A stretch of 56,780 nucleotides of DNA, filler included, from Squatina squatina (Eukaryota): assembly GCA_031763465.1 (NCBI GenBank). It is 4 parts of 4 records of this genome, joined end to end, with 100 filler letters (N's around TTAATTAATTAA, not from the genome) between each part and the next. Parts side by side here need not be neighbours in the genome. Positions count along the whole stretch, not along the records: positions 27,441 to 42,725 come from JARFOE010000219.1; positions 42,826 to 56,780 come from JARFOE010000168.1; 2 more parts are not named here. The stretch is one strand, 5' to 3'. Both the position numbers and the translations under genes were made by a program. Each line of letters starts with the position of its first letter. The first letter of the stretch is position 1. Below the pieces are notes generated by a model that did no database searches, was not told the DNA's origin, and saw only the letters and a program-made list of their open reading frames with translations. Shown here piece by piece: positions 36,064 through 48,323 of this stretch.

Positions 36064-36180
36064 TCAGCAGGTCAGGCAGCATCTGTGGAGAGAAAAACAG
36101 AGTCAACGTTTCGGGTCGATGACCCTTCGTCAGAACAGATGCTGCCTGACCTGCTGAGTTTTTCCAGCATTTTTTGTTTG
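36064..36180. mobile_element. Penelope-associated hairpin element
   Basis: Perfect 23-bp inverted repeat (36064-36086 / 36135-36157) enclosing a hammerhead core. Confidence 0.75.
36098..36136 (-). ncRNA. Minimal type I hammerhead ribozyme motif (PLE type)
   Basis: GUU-CUGACGA-A-GGGUC-AUC-GACCC-GAAA-C-GUU-GAC: both conserved core boxes, 5-bp stem II, palindromic ACGU stem III, GUU cleavage triplet. Confidence 0.6.
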
Positions 36181-38815
36181 TGACCTAGGACAGTGGCCTG
36201 GTCTTTCTGCTCGGTTGTGCTGGGATTTTCTTAGGCATAAAATGGCCAAAATCAGCATAACCAATGCAAAAAATAGAAGAATTTTAAGCGCAAATTATGT
36301 CCAGCGCAACTCGAATTTCCATAATCTTTTGTGCTGGTTTAAAAAAAAAAAAGCAGGCCCCGCCCACAAAACCAGCCACGCCCCCCAGGGTGAATGAATC
36401 ACCGCGGCGAGTATCCGCCAGTTGCACTCATTTGTGGGCCTTCGAGGTGGCTCCTAAAATTCGGTTTTGTTTTTCGCCATGATCATACTAGTCGGTATCT
36501 TTTAAAAGCTTTAAAATTATTAATGTTTGAGGGTTGTGGACAACAGTTTTTCACCAAAATATTACAAATTCATCCAGTTTTTTTTTGCAGCATATTGTGA
36601 TTCATGGAAAGGTCTGTTTTGTGTCTGTCTGTAATTCTGCTCCGTAACATTTATCGATTTTAAAATGTACAGAAAGTCAAAAGACCATTTGTTACTCAAA
36701 TGGTTAAAAATTAACGTGTGCCTGTCAGCAGAACAAAACTTTCAAAATCCAGTAGGTTCAACCAGAGGTTTTCCACCTAGATAGACATGCAAATAGTCCA
36801 TGTATAGTAAAGAGGAGGAACATTCTCCAAACAGACAGCAGTATAAAGGGTCTTTTGGACACAAGTGCACTCAAACAAACTGCATTCAAATTGAGCTGTG
36901 TGCCATTCAGCCATGAAACAATCAAAAACTCATTAACCAACTGTGAACTGATGAACAAAACATTCCAAAAATGGAACAGGCTTTGACAAATGGGAAAGGA
37001 ATGAAATGTTTATTTCAGTTGAACACCATAAAAGGAACCAAGTCGAAACATTGCAGGTTGTAAAAGTTCACAGAACAGAACTTTAAATGGAAATGTCTGC
37101 GTATTCATTTCAGCAACAAGTCATTTGTTTAAAAATTGAACTTTGGAACGCTAACTGTGCATACCTTAATTGTCATTATACTACTGTTCTAAATTGATAG
37201 CATTTGATAATGTAGGATAGGGTAATGTACCAAATTAGTTGCATCTTTGAAAATGTGCACTCAACAATACAGAACCGATGTTCTTTGCAGTTGCTCTTTG
37301 CAATTACTTTTAAAGGTTCTCTCTCACAATCTTAGCTTCACTCTCGAATCGCTGGACTTGCTTTAACAGTACAGTACTGCTTTATCAGTTTGGGCTTGGC
37401 TTTGACTCTACCTAGATTCTATTATCGACTACATTTCAATCCTTTACTCTGGCCTTGACTTTACTCTGACCTACAGTCCAGGATCTCTTCTCTCTCCAGT
37501 ACCCTGTTTGTGGTCATGGCTCGCTTTGATACGTTTCCATTCACACAATAAAATTGATTTAATATGTATAAACCCTGCATAGATGGCATGTAATAATAAT
37601 GAAAATATATAGTAAATGCTGTGCTGAAGATTTCCGGTGCATGCTGCATTTTTGTGTTCTGAGGAATACAGTTTTAATTAAGGCAGTGAAGTGTTTATTT
37701 AAGTTCATTTGTAAATTTTTAAATGTCATTAGTAAACTTGTAGTCTATCATGTAACATTCAGCCATGTTGGAGTGAACACATTAGAAAAATAATAGACAT
37801 TTTTGTTAAAACAATTATCTCAAAGATATGAACTTTTTTAATGTATAGAAACAGCGCATTTCCTTCCTCACCTGATCAGCGATCTTTTGATTGAGAGGAA
37901 AAAGAGCCCCTGACTACCTTTGGGCCCCCATCCCACCTCTGATTCCAACACCCTATAAATGAAAGAACCCACAATCATCTACATGAAGGCTGCATATTTT
38001 TTCCTGAATGTTTGTTTTTCTGAAGCAGGCCACAGCAAATCAAGTCCTGTATCTAGCACTGGGAGCAACACTTCTATATGCTCAGGAATAAATAGCAATT
38101 TCACAGTGCACTGAAGAGACCTGGTCTATGCTCATTATGAGTACCAGTCACCATCGTTTCCTGGAGCTTGGTTGATCATTTATAGCGGTTGGGGAGGAGT
38201 TTCCAGGATTCTTCTTTTCCTAAAAGAGTTTAGATTTTTTTTTTTCTCTTGTTTTGCCTATCACAGGAAAATGAATGGCACATGAAGAGGTGGGTTTAAT
38301 TATTTTAGCAGATTGCACCATGTGGGATGGCATGGGCTTGATTGATCAGGTAGTCTTGTCCTTTTTTGTATTTCATATATAAAATTAAGCATGTATTGAA
38401 CAATAGAAAGAATAGGTGCAATCTCTCTGATATAATGTACCTATCATTTACTTAATGCAATGATATTGCAATTTAAATTCCAGTTTAAACTGAAAATCAC
38501 CAATAAAACACTGGGACAAGTTTTTAAAACTATTTATGAAATCAACAGCTGAAAATACTAATACTGGTAGCTACAAGAATTAGCCTTTTCAGATGATATT
38601 CTGTGCTCCTTTATGACCAATTTTCAGCTTGCTGTATATTTGAATGCTGATGATGTGTGTGCTGCACAGGCCTTAGTGAGCAACCTACACAATGAATATT
38701 TAGCTAAAAGCCTTGNNNNNNNNNNNNNNNNNNNNNNNNNNNNNNNNNNNNNNNNNNNNNNNNNNNNNNNNNNNNNNNNNNNNNNNNNNNNNNNNNNNNN
38801 NNNNNNNNNNNNNNN

Positions 38816-38910
38816 AGAAGGCAGCTCATCACCATCTTCTCAAGGGCAACTAGGGATGGGCAATAAATGCTGGCCTTGCCAGCGATGCCCACATCCCAGA
38901 AATGAATAAG
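38816..38910 (+). mobile_element. LINE 3' end fragment
   Basis: AAGGCAGCTCATCACCATCTTCTCAAGGGCAACTAGGGATGGGCAATAAATGCTGGCC, a common chondrichthyan LINE tail (from recall). Confidence 0.6.
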
Positions 38911-40446
38911 AAAGAAAGCTTTGGAAATCTTTAAAATGGAACTTGCTGTTCATAAAATGTTTCATTAAGATGGATTGACTTTCCTGTTGTTAGTCATGGC
39001 AATCCAACTTCTCAAATACCTGTTCTGGCTGTATCCACATCATTGGCCTTGGCCCCAGGATCATGAAGATCATTGGCACAGGCGTTGATTTTGGTTTACT
39101 CAACTGTGCTTCTCCTTCCATCAGTTACAACTGATATATTCAGTGATTCTGAAATATTCTTTGAGAAAATATTTTAATCTTCAGCCTGTGGAAGTAAGGT
39201 ACCTTGTGGCATGGCACTTGTCAACAATTAGTAGAGGATTTCAGTGCTCAAGTGCAATCTAATCTAGGCATAGCTTTCCCGTTGTACTTTGTTGCAGGCT
39301 GTAACTCAGTCTTGCATTTAATGGCACTTTTTCTACCTCCTCTTGTAATCTGTGACAAAGTTGATCAGTTAAGACCTGACTTTTTCTCTCTGCCCTTTTA
39401 GGTGCTGTATATGTTTTTTTTTTTATAAACCTGCATTTTTTTTTTACTGCATCTCTGCATATTGATTTTGTGTTTGTTCATTGACTTGGCCTGCTGCATT
39501 TCGTACTTGGACAGAGGAGGCTCAGAATCTCATGAACTTTATTTGAATGTGTTTTTTTGATGATTATGGTACCTAAATTTACCCCATGTTTTTTTCTATG
39601 GAGAGAAAGGTTATTAAATTTGTAGAGCTTTGCTTTTTTATATAATTTGACAATGACATACGTCAAATGGCCAAGGTAGTTATTTGCTCCTCTTAGTAGC
39701 TGAACCTTTTAAATAAATCCATTACCAAGCAACATAATGGGCAAATAGAGACTAGAATGTATTTCTTTGTGTTCTACTGTAGCTGATCAAGACATGCCCG
39801 GCAAAGTAAATGTTCATTCTACTCAATCTATGACAACCAAATGGAACGAACAGCTATGTGGATTAATCAGCAAGCCCTGAGTAAACGTTACTTTCTTAGT
39901 GATGGCTCAAGATGAAAAGTGTCTGGTGCTTTTGTGCTTCAAGCTTATCTCAAAATGATTTCTGTTACTGTATTACTTCAGTACCATTTATTTGAATGTA
40001 GGAATGAGGAATATTGTAAGTTTACCTACTTTTGGTCTAGTATTCCATAATCTCTGAATGTAGTTCCACTTTTTACACTTCCTAATTTTAATCTCCCTTT
40101 ATTCTTACTTCAGCCTCGAGTGCTGATGGGGCGGGGTGGGGGTGGGGGAACTGGGAGGACAGGACTGGGAGGACGGTTATCATTTTTGTCTATATACTTT
40201 CCTAATCAGCACAATATCTTCTCAGTTCTACCAAAAGAATTGAAATGCAAATCCACAATGAAATTTTGCATTCCGTGAAGGTTGGGGAAGATCATATGGT
40301 TTTCGGTGAAGATGGAAAGTGTTTGGTGCTTTGCAGAAATTATTTGATTTTCCTCATTTGGGAATGATTAGCTACATTCCAAGAACAAGGTTTTCTGTTA
40401 ATTAATTGCAAATTACTTATAAATATATTAAAGAAGGAAAAAAAAA

Positions 40447-40548
40447 ACTTGCATTTATATAAAGCCTTTCACAACCTCAGGATATGTCAACGTGGGTTAC
40501 AGCTAATTAATTATTTTTAAAGTGTCGTCGCTGTTGTAATGTAGGAAA
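40447..40548 (-). mobile_element. SacSINE1-type SINE 3' fragment
   Basis: Homologous to the tail of 375-773. Confidence 0.65.
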
Positions 40549-42358
40549 TTGAAAGTGCGCTTACTACTTTAAAATGCCATATGCAATTGAGCTTGAGCAC
40601 TGTGTCATTATTTGTTTTTAAACAAGCAGCTTATGGCAACTTGAATTCTAATTGTGCTCGAACGAATGCGCTCTGGTAGCAGAATTGTGAAACGTTCTAT
40701 AACCGAGGCTATGGTTNNNNNNNNNNNNNNNNNNNNNNNNNNNNNNNNNNNNNNNNNNNNNNNNNNNNNNNNNNNNNNNNNNNNNNNNNNNNNNNNNNNN
40801 NNNNNNNNNNNNNNNNACCCACATCACAATCAGTGGAATAAAAGAAACCTGAATGACCGGTTGCAGTGTATTCATCCAGGCACTAGAGGGGGAACTAGGT
40901 GTTTTCAGCTGGAGCAAAAGCCATGCTGTGATTATAACATTTGTAAGATCTGCGGACTTCCTGCAAATAAATAATCAGTATTTATAACGACAAACACAAC
41001 ACCTGCTTTTAAGCCAATGTTTTTTAAATCCAGGGATATACTTAATCTTCTGTAACCCACTTCTTTAATTGTCATTGTCCAAAACTTTCTGAAAATCTAA
41101 GTGTATAATATTAGTTGCATTTCCCTTGTTCATCAAGTCATTAATGTGATTTTAAAGCTCCAGCAATTTTATTTAAATGGGACCTTTCTTTCTTGAATCC
41201 ACAGTGATTCTCCTTTTAACAAGTTGGTTTTTACAAATATTCACTCACTAGGTCTCTAAGATCATTTCATTTACTTTGTCTTTCCCCAAATCTGAATTGT
41301 CTACCATATAAAATTCTGAACCTGGTTAAATTTAGCAACACAATAAAAATGTCAGCATTGATTTGTTTATAGATGTGAACACCAGGAATCATAGAAATTA
41401 CAGCAGAGAAGGACGCCATTTGTCCTCTCCTGTCTCTTCAACTGGGGCTGCACACGGAATATTTCCCAGCTCCCTCCCTGAGGAGTAGGTAATCATTCTA
41501 ATACCGAGTTATGCTGCATAAATATCTGTCTTCTGCAGTACTATGTGAAATGGTCAGAAAAATGCTTAGGATAATGTATTGTTTAACCTGTCACAGCTAC
41601 CATTTTAAATTTGTGAATTGTAAAATGGATGATAAACATGGAGGAATTCATTAAAGATTGTTTCAGTGAATGAACAGCTATCACATTAATGAAACTTGCT
41701 AGAATGGTCACATGGTTCAGAGCTTTACTCCTTACAAGCTGGTCACAATGTGCAGCATTCTGGCACGAAGACTGCAGGCATACACTTGTGTGCCTTACTG
41801 AAAAGCATCATATTGATTATCTAAATGCTTTTTATCCATATTTATGGTTCAGTCACTTCTAAATGTTGCAGACATGTACTTATGCTGATGGGTTGCTTTT
41901 TTTTGGGGATTCTTCAAAAAGATATTAGGCCATGTATCCAACTGAGGAATTCAGGTAGGAATTCTGCTGTGTCAATGCTTTATTTTTTTTATTGAACTGC
42001 TGAGAGCTATGTCTGTAATATTTTACACAAAGCAAGCAGGATGTCAGACCTTTTTCATTTATATTTAAAGTTGATAANNNNNNNNNNNNNNNNNNNNNNN
42101 NNNNNNNNNNNNNNNNNNNNNNNNNNNNNNNNNNNNNNNNNNNNNNNNNNNNNNNNNNNNNNNNNNNNNNNNNNNNNTGTCGGAGCATATCAATTTATTT
42201 CTATTTGTGCCATCAAATCATCTTTCTTGTTATGAATGCTGCACGCATTCAGATAAAGAGCCTTTAATTTTATCTTTTTGTCATTTTCCCCTACTCTGAC
42301 CCTAATGTTCTAGAGCATTGAGGTACTGCAAACACTGACAAGCAGTGCACAAAGGTGC

Positions 42359-42580
42359 AGGGCTGCACCCAGGCTCTCCCATGACTCCCTTCATATGCTT
42401 GTGGAGGGAGATACATCACACAGGGAGGTCTTCTCCCCTTCCTATGAGTGGAAGAGACCTCCCTAGGAGAGCAACACAGCCTGGTTGCACATTGCAGAGG
42501 AGGGCACAAGCAGGGATGTGGTCAGGAGGACCTAGGTGTAGTGGTGCAAATATTACAATTAGCTCAGTAGATCACAAAAC
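42359..42580 (+). mobile_element. Decayed Harbinger-type Myb/SANT-like exon
   Basis: One frame reads RAAPRLSHDSLHMLVEG...REVFSP...KRPP*ESNTAWLHIAEEGTSRDVVRRT*V*WCKYYN*LSRS, with four in-frame stops. Confidence 0.65.
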
Positions 42581-42725
42581 ATTAGTACAAAGCCACACTC
42601 AACCTCATCCTCCCATTACATCTCCATCACTTTGCCTTCCCTACCCTACACCTGCACATCCTTACCTTGCATCTTCACCCATCCCTACATTATCACATCC
42701 CCATTTCACTAGCCATCGCTCACCA

Positions 42726-42825
42726 NNNNNNNNNNNNNNNNNNNNNNNNNNNNNNNNNNNNNNNNNNNNTTAATTAATTAANNNNNNNNNNNNNNNNNNN
42801 NNNNNNNNNNNNNNNNNNNNNNNNN
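42726..42825. other. Artificial scaffold linker (44N-TTAATTAATTAA-44N)
   Basis: 12-mer at 42770-42781, centred in Ns. Confidence 0.97.
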
Positions 42826-43717
42826 CCTGGCCAGTTGGTGCCTTTTTTTCTTAACCTTGTGTTTTTAATTTTCATTTTAATCCATGGAATTGGCTTGGAA
42901 GTGTTTGGTATAATGGTGTGAGGATCTAAATGTATTGGCACAATAGATTTCTGCTATAGTTTTTATATAATGGTCATAATTCTATGCAGTTGAGTTCAGT
43001 AGTTTGACAATTGCTGCAAAAGTAAGTATTTGCAAGTGGCTAAGATGATCATATTAAAGCTATTATCAACGTGGAATGTTGATGCAGAGCTTAGATATTG
43101 TCATTCAGTATTCTTTTTCACCACTTGCACATATAATGATGTGATAAATCATCCTGCCAAGTAGGGTAAAATACAGTGAGATGTATTCAGAGTCCTGCTG
43201 TGTTCAGAATAGCAGTATGTTTTGAGAACCTATGCAGATTGGTTCCGTGAACAGCTGAGGTATCTTTGTAGTGTACTGCTGTGATTTAGGAGTGTTAATT
43301 ACATGACTGAACTGATCTCTCTTTTTGCTTGCATCACTAATTATGCACTCTGAACTTCTGCCGATTGGATAAATTCTCCCAACTTGAACAGTTTAAAAAA
43401 AAATCTACACTGAATTGTGATTCACATATAAACTGGTAATATATATAGTCTTTCTAATATATTGTAGCTACTCACTGGAACACTTCTACATTGAATAGTA
43501 GGCTTTGTTTGTTGATCACTCAATTCATCTATAGCTGTCTATACAGATTAATATGCCAAACTGGTGCATTTTGGCACTCTGGTGATGTTTGTTTATTTTC
43601 TAATTGAGGGGTAAGTGNNNNNNNNNNNNNNNNNNNNNNNNNNNNNNNNNNNNNNNNNNNNNNNNNNNNNNNNNNNNNNNNNNNNNNNNNNNNNNNNNNN
43701 NNNNNNNNNNNNNNNNN

Positions 43718-44022
43718 GGAGACACGGTTTCCACTGGCAGAAGGGTCGGTATCCAGAGGACACTGATTTTAAAGTAATTGGCAAGAGAACCAGAAGGGGG
43801 ATGAATGGAAATGTTTTTATGCAGGAAATTGTTGTGACCTGTAATGAAATGGGGTGGAAACAGATTCAGTAATAATCTTCAAAAGGGAATTGGATGAATA
43901 CTTGAAAAGGAGAAATTTGCTGGGCTATGGGGAAAGAGCAGGGGAATGGGACTAATTGGTTAGCTCTTTTAAAGAGCCACCATAGGCACGATGGACTGAA
44001 TGACCGCTTTCTGTGCTTCTAT
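43718..44022 (+). mobile_element. CR1 LINE 3' end
   Basis: FPLAEGSVSRGH*FKVIGKRTR, FKRELDEYLK and a CR1-type 3'UTR. Confidence 0.8.
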
Positions 44023-44103
44023 GCAGGTAAAGCAAGCTAATCACTGCTGTCACTGGTCCGTTTTCTCTGATTGTGGAGATGATGATGTGCATTTTTCCCA
44101 CAG

Positions 44104-44274
44104 GCGGGACCAACCTGGAGATCGGGAGACAGCCCTCTCGGTGATTCTGCCAGTCGTGGAGACTGGGGAGCAGATCTCATCTGATCTTTACTGCCTGTGC
44201 GGGCGCATATACAAAGATATCTTCATCAGCTCCAACTTCACGGACTGTGAGAGCCGCGACAAGTCATGTTACTG
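44104..44274 (+). CDS. ASK-family MAP3K exon (TPR/DUF4071 region), most similar to MAP3K6/ASK2
   Basis: RDQPGDRETALSVILPVVETGEQISSDLYCLCGRIYKDIFISSNFTDCESRDKSCYW; the CGRIYKD motif marks MAP3K5/6/15; TTTTTCCCACAG acceptor, GTAAGA donor; 171 nt, phase 2-2. Confidence 0.88.
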
Positions 44275-45424
44275 GTAAGAAGCGAGCTTGTTCTCAACAC
44301 TCTTACTTGTGATTGTTGAAATATAATCCCCATTGGCAGGCTAAATACATTGACGTGACCAGCAATTCTCTTGAGACCATGGAGCCCAATCTTTGCCTTG
44401 GGAAAATGCTGCTTAATAGATTTGGCACAAAAGGAGAGTTTTCATTACAGCTTCAAAAGGTTTTACAAAACTACAGTCTAGACCAAAGGAGTGAGACAAA
44501 TGTCTCATCTGGCAGATTGAAGCCTTTTGGCACTCTGGGATCTGGTCACCTCTTCATGAAACATGAGCTCCAAATAATTGAGATTTGATATTGTAATCCT
44601 ACTCAAGTAGGTATACATAATAAGAACATCTGGCCTATGCATTAGCTTGTTTTGAGAATTTTACAATATCTGTTGTATTTTCTTTCACTATCCTATTTCC
44701 ATGCATATTCATTCAGTCGGTCTAGCAGATTGTTTGCAATATTTCAGCTTGTTTGGTATTTGAGGTTTCTGAATTTTAGAATTGGGTGCTCTGGAAATCT
44801 AGGATTAAACCATTTTGAGCATTTTTTTTAAAAAAAGTGAATCTAGGGTATTGCATTTTTCAGCTTGTTTTATCTTTACATTAGCAAGAATGTTCATCGT
44901 AATAGAAAGCAGAAGCTACTTCAGATACTTCTATTTAATTTTGTGTGACGCATAAATCTCTTAGATCACTTTCCTCCACCCCATTTTGCACCCTACTGGC
45001 CACGTCAGTGAATCAGTTTATGATCTCTTCTGAACACCTCCGATTCCATGTGTAGCATACCTCACCCGATGTACCCCTTGAATTGGAAAACCTTATGCTA
45101 TTTTCCAGCAGGTGCTAATTTGACACTACCAACTTCAAAGCCGTGTGAGCTGGGAGTATTGAGTAATACTGCTGTCTATGCTCTTGTGTGGAAGAGGGAG
45201 AGTGGATCACTGTGTGCAAGTATATTTACACTGCTCTGCTAATTGCATCCAAGTGCTAGTAAAATATTTCACATTAATGAAAAACTGATTGTCCTTTTCT
45301 TAATAGTAGCGTAAAGTCACCTGGAAACCTTTAAACCTGGAAATTAGAATGTAACCAGTTTCTTTTACATGTTTGCAGTTGGACTACAGTGAATGTCGAG
45401 ACAAAGCAGTGTGAGATTACTTCA

Positions 45425-45550
45425 GAAGCGAAATACTGCGGATGCTGGAATCTAGAATACAAACAAAAAATGCTGGACAAACTCAGCAGGTCAGGCATCT
45501 CCACAGATGCTGCCTGACCTGCTGAGTTTTTCCAGCATTTTTTGTTTGTA
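45425..45550. mobile_element. Penelope-associated hairpin insertion with target-site duplication
   Basis: 40-bp inverted arms (45458-45497 / 45511-45550, one mismatch); flanking direct repeat TGTGAGATTAC(T/C)TCA. Confidence 0.75.
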
Positions 45551-47385
45551 TGTGAGATTACCTCATCTAGTTGGTCTCAGACCCACTGGCCAAGTCTTAA
45601 CTGACACCAGTTTGATGCATTTTGCATCATTGCGAAGCCAGAAGTGCGTTCAAATACCAAAATTGTGCAGTATAATTGGTATTAAAAAGTGTTAACAGCA
45701 TTCCAATCAGATGCAACTTGGTAAAGCGTCAGTTCACTATTGTGATACTTTTCGGTGTGCTTTTGAGTCTCTGCTGTTGTTTACCCTGGCACAGATCGAA
45801 CTTAGTTGGGAAACCCAACAAATGATTATAAATCGCTAGCCGCGGTACAGTTGTACTGACCGACATTACTGCCGCCTCTTAATTTAAGTTCTAAGGAAAA
45901 GCCGTGTACTNNNNNNNNNNNNNNNNNNNNNNNNNNNNNNNNNNNNNNNNNNNNNNNNNNNNNNNNNNNNNNNNNNNNNNNNNNNNNNNNNNNNNNNNNN
46001 NNNNNNNNNNGTTAGAATGGATTTGCCTTTCTTTTGGGATTTCTTCCTGCTCCATAATCTAAAATCTGCAGTAATCTTTCCAGCATTCCTTTGAAATCTC
46101 CTTTGCGTTTCATCGTACAGTGACCACAGCTGGACATAGCATGGTGTCTCGTTAATACATGACAATGTCCATATCACTTCCATGGATTGTATTCTATGGA
46201 TGTACTTGCATGCCCTAATGTCTGATAAACTGTTGCACCTAAATCCTTCTTTGACTTACAAAATGAAGGCTCTTTTAGCCCATAGAGCACTGCAAGTGAA
46301 TTGTCCCACCAGGGTACTTGTGGACTGCTAATCACCAACCGAGCTTGTCGTGCTGTATTTTTTTTGATGGTTTGATACTTTAAATAAATGCATGACACCT
46401 TTTACTGGCTGCTCGTGGGTGAATCTTTAGACTCCTATGCTTTCAAAATGGCCTTCAGTTAATTTCCAGAGACCAATTGTTCTGATGCAAGTCTCGCCTC
46501 CCAAGTTGACACTGGGATCCAGGAGAAAAGGAAGATGAGTAAAAAAACATTTTAAACAGAATAAATTCGGGAAAAAAGTATAAAGTAATTACAATAGAGT
46601 AAACTAAATAAAAAATTAAATTAAAATGGATATTATAAAAAAAGGAATATGGGGAAAACAAGTAAAATGTAAGTTTAAAAAAAAATGTTTTAGTTGTTTA
46701 GGATTAAAATGATAAAACCTCTCTTTTTGATATTTGAGAAGCTTTATTACTGATGTTATGCACAGTATGTGAATGGAAACAATTGATAATTACAGCTGAT
46801 AATTCCCTTGCCTGCCAGAGCTCTAAAGTTTAAATACTTTAATGATACTAGAGTAAATGAGATTCGAGTCGATGACTCAGATTGCAGTGCTAGCATCAGC
46901 ACAAGTGCGATGGGCCAATTGCCAGACTCCTGTGCTCTAAACTTTACAATTCTATCATTTCCCACTAATTGCCATTTACAATTCATTCGCTCAGTTTCCG
47001 AGTATCTTTTTAATTTTAAGCACTTGCTTCAAGCATTGTGCCTTCTTAATAACTTGATAGCTTGCACATTCTACTTTTAATACTTTCATTGAGATCTTTC
47101 AAAAATATGGTCAACACTGTATGGATCACTGATCACAGCTGTCCAATCCGAACCACACTGTACTATTGATCACTACTTTGGGTTTATTATTTAGCCAATA
47201 ATTACCAATTTACCTCTCTTAACCCATAATACCTTCCTCCTCCCCTTCCAATCTACTATCATTTTCACTTTAGGCACAAATCTCTTCAGAGGCCCCTAAT
47301 GTTATTGAATGCCTTATGGCACCACAACATCACGTTTGTAAGGTATTAACTGAATTTGAAACCTAAATAGAAAATAGCTACGAAG

Positions 47386-47805
47386 GTGCTCGCTGACCTA
47401 TATTGGCTCCCAGTTAAGCAACACCTCGATTTACAAAATTTTCATCCATCTTTTCAGATCCCTCCATGGCCTCGACCCTCCCCTATCTCTGTAATCTCTA
47501 GCCCCACAACCCCTCCTCCTCCCCTGAGATATCTGTGTTCCTTTAATTCTGCCCTCTTGAGCATTCCTGATTTATAATACTCAACCATCGGTGGCCCTAA
47601 ATTCTGGAATTCCCTCCCTAAACCTCTCTTCATCTTTCCTCCTTTTAAGACGCTCCTTAAAATTTACCTCTTTGACCAAGCTTTTGGTCATCTACCCTAA
47701 TTTCTCCTTATGTGGCTCGGTGCCAAATGCTTGTCTTCTAACACTCCTGAGAAGCATCTTGGAACATTTTACTAAGTTAAAGGCGCTATATAAATGCATG
47801 TTGTA
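47386..47805 (+). mobile_element. L2 LINE 3' end
   Basis: VLADLYWLPVKQHLD and a WNSLP-type motif; tail AGGCGCTATATAAATGCA shared with the SINEs. Confidence 0.8.
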
Positions 47806-47918
47806 GAGTTTGGAGCAAATTAGTTTTTTTTTAATAATTTATAAAATGACGTGAAGAAATAAAGGAGGTACACAAACTGGTTCAAATGTACAAAAAAAAA
47901 TCTTTTATATTTTTGCAG

Positions 47919-47979
47919 GAATTGACTATAAGACCACTACAATCCTGCTGGATGGCAGGCGTGTAAAGCTAGAGCTCTG
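47919..47979 (+). CDS. RAB40C: RAB40C exon 2
   Basis: (G)[20 protein letters not shown] (LELW is the RAB40C type); TTTTGCAG acceptor, GTAAG donor; 61 nt. Confidence 0.93.
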
Positions 47980-48154
47980 GTAAGATTATATTTTATAAAC
48001 TGATTTTTTTTCATATTGTGACATTAGTTATTGTGGTAGTACTTTATGTAGTTTNNNNNNNNNNNNNNNNNNNNNNNNNNNNNNNNNNNNNNNNNNNNNN
48101 NNNNNNNNNNNNNNNNNNNNNNNNNNNNNNNNNNNNNNNNNNNNNNNNNNNNNN

Positions 48155-48323
48155 AAGCGGCAGGTTCCCACTGAACAGGCACGTGCCTATGCTGAGAAAA
48201 ATGGGATGACGTTCTTTGAAGTCAGCCCACTCTGCAACTTCAACGTGACTGAGTCCTTCACAGAACTGTCTCGCATTGTGCTTATGAGACATGGCATGGA
48301 AAGGTTCTGGAAACCAAACCGAG
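48155..48323 (+). CDS. RAB40C: RAB40C exon 5 (5' part in gap)
   Basis: [56 protein letters not shown]; donor at 48324. Confidence 0.93.
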
